The position numbers and the translations under genes were made by a program. The notes under the pieces were generated by a model. That model was not told the DNA's origin, searched no databases, and was given only the letters and a program-made list of their open reading frames with translations. This document shows positions 9,964 to 16,498 of a DNA stretch of 64,000 nt, piece by piece (the stretch's first letter is position 1; every line of letters starts with the position of its first letter). This DNA comes from Coriobacteriia bacterium (GTDB lineage Bacteria > Actinomycetota > Coriobacteriia > Anaerosomatales > SLCP01), in NCBI GenBank assembly GCA_014859265.1, contig JACUUN010000003.1, positions 836 to 64,835 on the forward strand, given 5' to 3'.

Positions 9964-10285
9964 CGAGACTCTCCCCAACGTCGACATCAGCCGCATCGAG
10001 CGCAGCGGTGCCGGTCTCGGTGTAGATGCGTTTGGCGAGCGCGAGCGCGAACGCTGTCGAGCTCACCGTGACGACGATGCCGGTCAGCACCATGGCGTGT
10101 GGCAACGGGTCAGGCACTGGTCCGCCGACCCGCCGGGCGATGCCGACGAGCACGAAGAAGACACCTGAGCTGGAGATGTTGAGCGCAAGCACTTTGTGCA
10201 GCAGGTGCGGTCGGGTCATAAGCGCGTACAGCCCGATGACGAAGAGCGCCGAGCCGACCAGTGTATAGAGGTCGGTCTGGCTCAC
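9956..10285 (-). CDS. mnhC: Na+/H+ antiporter subunit C (MnhC/NuoK-like)
   Basis: 109 aa, three TM helices, LYTLVGSALFVIGLYALMTRPHLLHKVLALNI is typical of MnhC/NuoK. GTG start preceded by GGGAGG, with a GTGA overlap onto the upstream gene. Confidence 0.85.
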   Translation of the reverse strand: MSQTDLYTLVGSALFVIGLYALMTRPHLLHKVLALNISSSGVFFVLVGIARRVGGPVPDPLPHAMVLTGIVVTVSSTAFALALAKRIYTETGTAALDAADVDVGESLGG

Positions 10286-11001
10286 TCGCCACCTCCCGAG
10301 CGACGGCGCAGCTCCTCGGCCGGGGACGCCGAGGCGATGAAGAGGCTGATGAGGATGGCGCCGATCGAGACCGTGAGCCATGTCTCGACCACGAGCATGA
10401 GCGTCTTGGCGAGATCGGCCGGGTACTCCAGCAGAAGACCTCCGGCAAGCATCTCGCCGATTGCGGTCGCCAGGAAGACGACGAAGCCGACGCTTATGGC
10501 CGCCCGCAGGGCGAACCGGCTCACCCATATGGGGCGCGCGTAGCCCGAGAGCGCAAGCAGCACTCCGGCCGCACCCAGCACCGAGCCCGCCTGGAACGCG
10601 CCTCCCGGAGCATGCTCGCCAGCCCACAGCAAGTAGCCCGAGACGAGAATCATCACGGGGGCGAGGAAGCGCGCGAGCGCCGAGAGCACGGGGTCGGCCT
10701 GGGCCGCAATCGGGTCCCAGGTCCCGGTCTGCGTAACACTGAGAGAGAGCACGCCGATTGTGGCGAGCACCAGCACCGCGATCTCGAGCAGGGTGTCGTA
10801 ACCGCGAAAGTTCAGGAGCACGGCGGTCACCGCGTTCTTAACACCGCTGACCGCGAGGTTTGCATCAACCAGCGGGGCGAGACCCGGCTCGGTCTCGGGG
10901 ATTGCGAGCACGGCGCGTGCGAGAAGCGCGCCGACGCCGGCGCAGATCGCAAGCGCGGCCACGCGGACCGCGATGGGGCTCTTGGCGGTGACCTTACCCA
11001 T
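10282..11001 (-). CDS. mnhB: Na+/H+ antiporter subunit B domain protein (MnhB/MbhE-like)
   Basis: GVKNAVTAVLLNFRGYDTLLEIAVL is the MnhB signature. ATG at 11001 overlaps the upstream stop by 8 nt. Confidence 0.8.
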   Translation of the reverse strand: MGKVTAKSPIAVRVAALAICAGVGALLARAVLAIPETEPGLAPLVDANLAVSGVKNAVTAVLLNFRGYDTLLEIAVLVLATIGVLSLSVTQTGTWDPIAAQADPVLSALARFLAPVMILVSGYLLWAGEHAPGGAFQAGSVLGAAGVLLALSGYARPIWVSRFALRAAISVGFVVFLATAIGEMLAGGLLLEYPADLAKTLMLVVETWLTVSIGAILISLFIASASPAEELRRRSGGGE

Positions 11002-11299
11002 CGGTATCGCCCCCGGACGCTCCCTCGGCGTCGGGCGAAGCAGGATACGGCTCTGCTCTGCCGCGCATGTGGCCCGCCGCATCGAGCAGCAGTGCTCCGG
11101 TGATACCCGCACCGATCGCCGCCTCGGCAAGCGCGATGTCGGGGGCCGACAGACGGACCCACGCAAGCGCCACGAGCAGGCCGAACGCGATGAAGAGCAC
11201 GACAGACTTAAAGAGCTTCACCTCGGCAAGTGCGCGAACGGCGAGCCAGACGAGCGTCGCCACGAGCAGGATGTCGAAGAACCACCCGGATGACGTCAT
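10994..11299 (-). CDS. DUF4040/MbhD-like small membrane subunit
   Basis: 101 aa, three TM helices, LSAPDIALAEAAIGAGITG motif as in MbhD or the N-terminal part of MrpB. ATGA overlap with mnhG. Confidence 0.7.
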   Translation of the reverse strand: MTSSGWFFDILLVATLVWLAVRALAEVKLFKSVVLFIAFGLLVALAWVRLSAPDIALAEAAIGAGITGALLLDAAGHMRGRAEPYPASPDAEGASGGDTDG

Positions 11300-11595
11300 G
11301 AGCGCTTCCTCCAGGGAGCAACGTTCGACGTACGCGCAGCCTCGGCCACGAGGTGACTCGCTGTGGCCCCGGCCACGATGACGAGAGCCCAGATCAGAAG
11401 CATCTTGAGCACGACCACCACCGAGTCGGCCCGCAGCGCCAGGCCGAGGACCACGAAACCGAGTCCGAGGTTATCGGCCTTGGTCAGTGCATGAAGGCGG
11501 GTGTAGACATCGGGGAAGCGCAGCACGCCCGTCGAGCCCGCCAGGAAGAAGAACGCGCCGACCGCGATGAGGGCAAGCGATATCCACTCGGTCAC
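11296..11595 (-). CDS. mnhG: monovalent cation/H+ antiporter subunit G
   Basis: LAGSTGVLRFPDVYTRLHALTKADNLG is the MnhG/PhaG signature. GTG at 11595 is preceded by GGGGGAG and overlaps the mnhF stop (GTGA). Confidence 0.85.
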   Translation of the reverse strand: MTEWISLALIAVGAFFFLAGSTGVLRFPDVYTRLHALTKADNLGLGFVVLGLALRADSVVVVLKMLLIWALVIVAGATASHLVAEAARTSNVAPWRKRS

Positions 11596-11879
11596 GACGA
11601 CTCCCCCTTCTCGTGAGGGCCCGGATGCCACGCTCGCTTCACGAACGCGACCGCGGCCATCGCCGCCAGGAGTGCGAAGACAAGCGCCACGTCGCGCAGC
11701 GCGGGAATCTCCATCGCTTCAGCGAGCAGAAGCAGGATGGCCACACCGGTGGTGCCGAAGAGCTGCGCCGCGAGCATGCGGTCCGCGGGGTTCGGGCCGC
11801 GCTCGACCCGGATGAGCCCGGCTATGACCGTCAGCATCAACACGCTTGCGAAACCGACAAGCACGACCTTCACCGACAC
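11592..11879 (-). CDS. mnhF: monovalent cation/H+ antiporter subunit F
   Basis: 95 aa, IRVERGPNPADRMLAAQLFGTTGVAILLL is typical of MnhF. GTG start, 10-nt overlap with mnhE. Confidence 0.85.
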   Translation of the reverse strand: MSVKVVLVGFASVLMLTVIAGLIRVERGPNPADRMLAAQLFGTTGVAILLLLAEAMEIPALRDVALVFALLAAMAAVAFVKRAWHPGPHEKGESS

Positions 11880-12430
11880 TCACCTCCGGTGATGTTCTCG
11901 CACGCAAGAAGGTTGCCGCCCTCGGCCGAGAGCGTGAGGCCGAAGAGGTCCGCAACACGCCGCTCGACGTCACGCAGACTCTGCTCGACCGGGAGTTCGC
12001 GGTCGAGCACGTGGAGTGTCATCGAGTCGCCCTCGAACCCGGTGCTGAGCGTGCCCGGAAGCAGGCTGACCGTGTCCGCGAAGAGCACCCGGGCATGCTC
12101 GGGGACCAGCCGCATGCGATAGCGGAAGATCATCGGATCGATCGGCATCGAGGGCTTGATGGCACGCAACGCGACGTCGATGCCGCCCATGACCGACTGG
12201 TGGACGAAGTACCACGCATACCTGAGCGCGCCTGCAGGCCGGATCCGCCAGGAGCGTGTAGGGGTGAGCTTGAGCGAGGCGACCGTCGCCAGCCCCACGA
12301 ATGGAATGCCGAACACCCAGCCTTCCGGATCGGCCTCGGCGACCACCCACCAGACCACGGCGAAGACGACCGCTCGTTCGAGCGGTCGCGTGTGGCGGCG
12401 CATGCGCGATGTGGAGGTGTGTGTCGGCAT
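11870..12430 (-). CDS. mnhE: Na+/H+ antiporter subunit E
   Basis: MnhE-like pattern: WVVAEADPEGW..., SVMGGIDVALRAI..., SLLPGTLS. First gene of the minus-strand cluster. ATG at 12403 is an alternative start. Confidence 0.8.
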   Translation of the reverse strand: MPTHTSTSRMRRHTRPLERAVVFAVVWWVVAEADPEGWVFGIPFVGLATVASLKLTPTRSWRIRPAGALRYAWYFVHQSVMGGIDVALRAIKPSMPIDPMIFRYRMRLVPEHARVLFADTVSLLPGTLSTGFEGDSMTLHVLDRELPVEQSLRDVERRVADLFGLTLSAEGGNLLACENITGGECR

Positions 12431-12564
12431 AGGGACTGCCAGTTATCGAGGGGCGGGAACGCGGTCACTATACCATTACCCCTCGTGGTCCACGGGCGTG
12501 CAGTCATCGCGCGGAGCATGGAGACGGCCGGTCCTCTGCGGAGAGGCCGACCGCCCGTTGCATC

Positions 12565-12639
12565 TGGTGGACGAGAAGGGATTCGAACCCTCAACCCCCT
12601 GCGTGCAAAGCAGGTGCGCTCCCGTTGCGCCACTCGCCC
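12565..12639 (-). tRNA. tRNA-Ala (anticodon TGC)
   Basis: Hand-folded cloverleaf: acceptor GGGCGAG/CTCGTCC with the G3:U70 Ala identity pair, anticodon loop TTTGCAC, T-arm GAGGG-TTCGAAT-CCCTT, encoded CCA. Confidence 0.9.
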
Positions 12640-12761
12640 GTCATTGTCTCCGGGAGCGCCATTCGGCACGCCCCGTCCGGAGCCGCGTGATTATAGCACG
12701 CCCGGCTTCGGCTCTCTTCCTGCGCTCCTTCTCGGACTCCCCTCCCCGGCAGTCCTCACCT

Positions 12762-12788
12762 GAAACAAGAGTGTAACTAGACCGAAAC
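12762..12788 (+). promoter_or_regulatory. candidate actinobacterial GlnR box upstream of amt
   Basis: GAAAC-aagagt-GTAAC-tagacc-GAAAC matches the gTnAc-n6-GaAAc a-site/b-site arrangement described for Streptomyces and Mycobacterium GlnR. It lies about 150 nt upstream of the amt start, in a locally AT-richer stretch. Confidence 0.45.
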
Positions 12789-12940
12789 AGCGTTTCTGTT
12801 TCCGCGAAATATCCGGGTGGTTGCATAGGGCCACATCAGTCTCCGGCACTGTGACCGACGAGCCTTCTCGACACAAAGGCGTGCCACAGGAAACGCCTGG
12901 CGCCCAGTCCCGGACCGAACGGCACGAAGGAGGTACCCCT

Positions 12941-14272
12941 ATGCACAAGGGCAAGCTCGCGGGAGTGCTCGCGATCGCACTCCTGCTCGCCCTGCCGGGC
13001 ACGGCGCTGGCCGCCGATCCCGGTGGCGCAGCCACGCTCGGCGACGACCTCACAGTCGCGCTCGACTTCCTGTGGCTCATGATCGCGGCGTCGATGGTCT
13101 TTCTCATGCAGGCGGGTTTCGCGATGGTCGAGGGCGGCTTCTGCCGTGCCAAGAACAACACGAACCTCATGATGAAGAACCTCATGGACATGGCGGTGGG
13201 CTCGATCGCGTACTTCGCAATCGGCTTCGGCTTCATGTACGGGGCGTCGGCGGGCGGCTTCATCGGGACAGACGGCTGGTTCATGAGCGGTGACTTCTAC
13301 GATGTGACCCTGTACCGGGACTTCATGTTCCAGGTCGTGTTCGCCGCTACGGCGGCCACCATCGTGTCGGGTGCCGTGGCCGAGCGACTGAAGTTCTCTG
13401 CATACCTGCTCTACTCGGTGGTCATCACCGCCGTCCTCTACCCGATCTACGGGCACTGGGTGTGGGGCGGCGGCTGGCTCGGCGAGCTCGGCCACCTCGA
13501 CTTCGCGGGCTCGGGCGTCGTGCACGCGATCGGCGGCTTCGTCGGTCTGGCAGGCGCAATCGTGCTCGGACCCCGCTTTGGCAAGTTCGCCAAGGACGGC
13601 ACGCCGAAAGCCATTCCCGGCCACAGCATCCCCCTGGCCACACTCGGCGTGTTCCTGCTCTGGTTCGGCTGGTTCGGGTTCAACGGCGGGTCCACGCTCT
13701 CCGGGACCGACCTGCGTCTCTCCGTCATCATGGTCAACACGAACATGGCAGCCGCCGCGGGCGCGCTCGCAGCTCTGCTGGTCACATTCGTCAAGACGAA
13801 GAAGTGGGACATCGGTATGGGCATCAACGGGGCGCTCGCCGGCCTGGTAGGCATCACCGCACCGTGCGCGTTCGTCTCAGGCGGTGCCTCGATCATAATC
13901 GGCGCCATCGCAGGCGCACTGGTGGTCGCCTCGATTTTCGCTCTGGAGAACATGGGCGTCGACGACCCGGTCGGCGCGGTGAGCGTACACGGCGTGAACG
14001 GGCTGTGGGGGCTGCTTGCCGTGGGCCTGTTCGCCGATGGGACCTACAACGCGGTCGGTCTGTTCTACGGCGGCGGCACCGAGCAGCTAGTGGCCCAGGT
14101 CATCGGCATGGTCACCGTGCTTGCGTGGGCGTTTATCGGCGGACTCGTACTGTTCAAGGTGCTCGACCTCGTCATGGGTATCCGCGTCTCCCCCGAGGAG
14201 GAGGTCGCCGGCCTCGACATCGACGAGCACGGTACCTCGGCCTATCCGAACTTCCTGGTCGTTGAAGAGTAA
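12941..14272 (+). CDS. amt: ammonium transporter (Amt family)
   Basis: ATG after GAAGGAGG, signal-like N-terminus, Amt motifs: LMQAGFAMVEGG, DFAGSGVVHAIGG, GFNGGS. The longer track ORF from 12821 is a 5-prime extension. Confidence 0.92.
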   Translation: MHKGKLAGVLAIALLLALPGTALAADPGGAATLGDDLTVALDFLWLMIAASMVFLMQAGFAMVEGGFCRAKNNTNLMMKNLMDMAVGSIAYFAIGFGFMYGASAGGFIGTDGWFMSGDFYDVTLYRDFMFQVVFAATAATIVSGAVAERLKFSAYLLYSVVITAVLYPIYGHWVWGGGWLGELGHLDFAGSGVVHAIGGFVGLAGAIVLGPRFGKFAKDGTPKAIPGHSIPLATLGVFLLWFGWFGFNGGSTLSGTDLRLSVIMVNTNMAAAAGALAALLVTFVKTKKWDIGMGINGALAGLVGITAPCAFVSGGASIIIGAIAGALVVASIFALENMGVDDPVGAVSVHGVNGLWGLLAVGLFADGTYNAVGLFYGGGTEQLVAQVIGMVTVLAWAFIGGLVLFKVLDLVMGIRVSPEEEVAGLDIDEHGTSAYPNFLVVEE

Positions 14273-14300
14273 GACGAGCACACCTGAGGAGGTGAAGACC

Positions 14301-14639
14301 GTGAAGAAGATTGAGGCGGTCATCCGGCCCGAGAAGCTGGACGACGTCAAGGAGGCCCTCGAGGCCGCGGGTTATCCGGGACTGATGCTCACCCGCATCG
14401 AGGGGCACGGCAAGCAGAAGGGCCTGATGCAGCAGTTCCGCGGTCGCCAGTACAAGGTGGAACTCCTGCCGAAGTACAAGGTAGAGGTCGTCTGTGCGGA
14501 CGCCCAGTGCGCAGGCCTCATCGAGGCGATCGCGGGAGCGGCCCGCACGGGCGAAGTCGGCGACGGCAAGATCTTCGTGAGCGATATCGCGGATATCGTG
14601 CGTATCCGAACCGGCGAGTCCGGCGAGGCAGCCATCTAG
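14301..14639 (+). CDS. glnK: P-II nitrogen regulatory protein
   Basis: 112 aa, VKKIEAVIRPEKLDDVKEAL..., T-loop GHGKQKGLMQQFRGRQYKVEL, C-terminal GDGKIFV...IRIRTGE. GTG after GAGGAGG. Confidence 0.92.
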   Translation: MKKIEAVIRPEKLDDVKEALEAAGYPGLMLTRIEGHGKQKGLMQQFRGRQYKVELLPKYKVEVVCADAQCAGLIEAIAGAARTGEVGDGKIFVSDIADIVRIRTGESGEAAI

Positions 14640-14657
14640 CAGCGTGCGGCTTGTGCG

Positions 14658-14692
14658 CGACAGGGGCGAGAGCGCAAGCCTCGCTCCTGTCG
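14658..14692 (+). promoter_or_regulatory. strong hairpin in the spacer between the two PII genes (possible attenuator or processing site)
   Basis: CGACAGGGGCGAG-agcgcaagc-CTCGCTCCTGTCG. The direct repeat CACGATCACC follows twice before the next start codon. Confidence 0.35.
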
Positions 14693-14766
14693 TGTCGCCG
14701 GCGGACGCCGCGACGGTAGCACGATCACCACAGGTACACCACGATCACCGAGAGGCTGTGAACCCC

Positions 14767-15105
14767 GTGAAGAAAGTCGAAGCCGTTTTCCGACCCGGGA
14801 AGCTCGAGGACGTCAGGGGTGCGCTCGATACGCTGGAGCGTATCGGGATGACGGTGTTCGAGGTCAAGGGTCACGGCATCCAGGGCGGACTCACCCAGCA
14901 CTGGCGAGGCGAGGAGTACCACGTGAGCCTGGTCCCCAAAGTCATGGTGATGGCCGTTGTGCACGACCACGAGGTCCAGGAGACCATCGAGACCATCGCT
15001 TCGGTCGCACGGACCGGGGTCATGGGGGATGGTAAGATCTTCGTTGCCCCCACCGAACAGGCGCTCCGCATCCGCACCGGCGAGAGCGGCCCCCAGGCAA
15101 TCTGA
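14767..15105 (+). CDS. P-II family nitrogen regulator (second tandem paralogue)
   Basis: 112 aa, VKKVEAVFRPGKLEDVRGAL..., divergent T-loop GHGIQGGLTQHWRGEEYHVSL, GDGKIFV...IRIRTGE. GTG at 14767. Confidence 0.9.
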   Translation: MKKVEAVFRPGKLEDVRGALDTLERIGMTVFEVKGHGIQGGLTQHWRGEEYHVSLVPKVMVMAVVHDHEVQETIETIASVARTGVMGDGKIFVAPTEQALRIRTGESGPQAI

Positions 15106-15120
15106 GCACCGGCGTTATTC

Positions 15121-15161
15121 GGACACACGAAAGCCCGCTCATAGCGGGCTTTCGTGTGTCC
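15121..15161. terminator. bidirectional intrinsic-terminator-like hairpin
   Basis: Perfect 19-bp stem GGACACACGAAAGCCCGCT / AGCGGGCTTTCGTGTGTCC with a 3-nt loop. It lies between the convergent PII operon and the minus-strand noncoding region. Confidence 0.7.
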
Positions 15162-15164
15162 CCT

Positions 15165-15569
15165 GAAAAGGATGAACCGGGATGGCCTTCGCGTCGCCCG
15201 AGGCTCCCCTCCAAAGGGATATCCTAGAGAGTTCTTGGCCGAGTGAGCGTTCCCTCTCGGCCGCACCCTCGCATATCCAGGGGCTTATGCCCGACTCCCC
15301 GGTGACCAGTCTTACTGTACCGTGCTTCTCAGTACGCCTCCCTCACGTGAGGCGGCTGTCGAATCGATCTCTCAACGAACGAACCGTATCCTCAGCGAGG
15401 TCATCCGGAGGTCTTATCTGCCATCCCGGCTGAATCCTGGCTCTGCGTCTCATCCAATGAGATGCATCCACCCTTTCGACCGCCTTGGGTGCTCGTTCGG
15501 CCTGGACCTGCGGTCCCGGTCCGGACCTACATAGAATGTACCCTGGGATGCGGCCCGCTTATCACGCTC
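15165..15569 (-). ncRNA. candidate structured noncoding RNA or long structured 3-prime UTR, class unknown
   Basis: About 400 nt with no ORF of 60 aa or more on the minus strand and only Ser/Pro/Arg-rich short ORFs on the plus strand. GC is visibly lower than the flanks. Many local hairpins, e.g. GGCCGAG..CTCGGCC, GGGC-ATAA-GCCC, TCTCAT-tgg-ATGAGA, CGCCTC..GAGGCG. Bounded by the trx-like gene stop and the 15121-15161 hairpin. Strand assignment is tentative. Confidence 0.3.
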
Positions 15570-16274
15570 TCACTCAAGCGAATCGAGCAGCCTGCGCATC
15601 TCGTCCTCGGAGACCTCGCCAACCGCACGGTTGACCTCGGCCCCGTCACTGTTTACGAATACGAACGTGGGAACGTACTGCGCGCCGTACCGGCGCATCA
15701 ACTCCTGCCCCTCGGAACTTTTGTCCACATCGTAGATCCTGAACTCGACCTTACCATCGTACTCCTGCTTGAGCCTGTCGACCACAGGCTTCATCGTCTT
15801 GCAGGCGGGTCACCAGTCAGTCGAGAATTCGTACATAACCGGCGCGGCACCGGGCGTGACATCTGCCGGCATGGGGACGATTTCGCTCCCACGTTCCAGG
15901 TCACCATCCCAGGCGATGATGCCTGCCGCGAGGTGGTAGATGGTCTCGAACCCCTGCGCCTCAAGATAGGTCACGGCCTGGGCGGAGCGGGCACCCGTAG
16001 TGCAGTAGATGAGCAGCGGCTCAGAGCGGTCCCATTCCGACGCGACTGATCCGAGAGAATCCATCGGGACGTTCTCGGCACCCGGGATGTGGCTGAGCTC
16101 GTACTCGCCAGGCGTCCGGACGTCGATGACCCGCACGCCCTCGGCGACGAGTTCGTTCGCCCGGGCAGGTGAGACGTCTTGTACGCCTCCACCCGCAGGC
16201 CTCATAAGCAATACGGCTCCAATGATCACGACAAAGGCGACGCCGCCCCATATGAGCACTTTCCTGAGATCCAT
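15570..16274 (-). CDS. candidate selenoprotein: membrane-anchored rhodanese-thioredoxin fusion with an in-frame TGA (Sec) at 15812..15810
   Basis: Track ORFs 15810..16274 and 15570..15794 share one frame. Reading through gives ...VMYEFSTDW-TGA-PACKTMKPVVDRLKQEYDGKVEF...YVPTFVF..., a complete thioredoxin fold with TGA at the first Cys of WCxxC. The upstream part has an N-terminal TM helix and a rhodanese domain with active-site loop CTTGAR. Confidence 0.65.
15764..15805 (-). other. candidate bacterial SECIS hairpin
   Basis: It starts 4 nt after the TGA. Lower stem CCUGC/GCAGG, internal loop, upper stem AGCCUGU/ACAGGCU, apical loop GGUCG. The apical loop starts 26 nt after the UGA and contains GGUC, as in the E. 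coli fdhF SECIS loop. Confidence 0.55.
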
Positions 16275-16310
16275 GCGCGCTTTCCGTCCGTCGAGTGTTC
16301 GAGAGGCAGT

Positions 16311-16326
16311 ATACCCCTTAGGGTAT
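16311..16326. promoter_or_regulatory. palindromic operator candidate ATACCC-CTTA-GGGTAT in the divergent promoter region
   Basis: 6-bp perfect arms. It lies 37 nt upstream of the rhodanese-trx ATG and about 170 nt upstream of the glucan synthase start. It resembles the GC-tract palindromes bound by CsoR/CstR-family repressors; that comparison is from memory, not checked. Confidence 0.3.
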
Positions 16327-16498
16327 CAAGTAGACAACCCTCGGCGCTGCCTCCATCCTGCGCGATCGCGCGAGTTGCCCTATAAGTAGCAAGGACCCCA
16401 CCAATCGGATACCGGGTCGTCTAGACTACATGTGTGAGCGCCGAGGAAAGGTCGAGTGCGTGACGGACACACGGACCAGGGTACCCGCGGCTCAAGAC

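Noticed and set aside
12431-12564. Imperfect hairpin CGGTCGGCCTCT..AGAGGACCGGCCG downstream of tRNA-Ala, as a terminator ahead of the mrp operon.
   Set aside because: The stem contains mismatches and a bulge and lacks a U-tract. A terminator here would also block the mrp promoter region. It is not confident enough to annotate.
15165-15569. Tested whether the noncoding island is tmRNA, RNase P RNA, SRP RNA or tRNA-Sec (selC) next to the selenoprotein candidate.
   Set aside because: - No GAGGAAAGTCCGG-type P4 motif.
- No GGGG...CCACCA acceptor pairing or GGTTCGA T-arm at the ends.
- No GGAAGGAAGCAGC SRP motif.
- No UCA anticodon stem-loop with a long variable arm.
- GATTCGAC and AGGTCCGGA strings are present but not in the right structural context.

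The region stays listed as a candidate ncRNA of unknown class.
15810-15812. Alternative reading of the in-frame TGA as a genuine stop, giving separate rhodanese and truncated thioredoxin genes, or as a pseudogene lesion.
   Set aside because: This is not fully excluded. It is disfavoured because the stop falls exactly on the catalytic Cys codon, the downstream ORF alone would lack the active site and first beta-strand, both parts keep an intact frame, and a SECIS-like hairpin sits at the expected distance.
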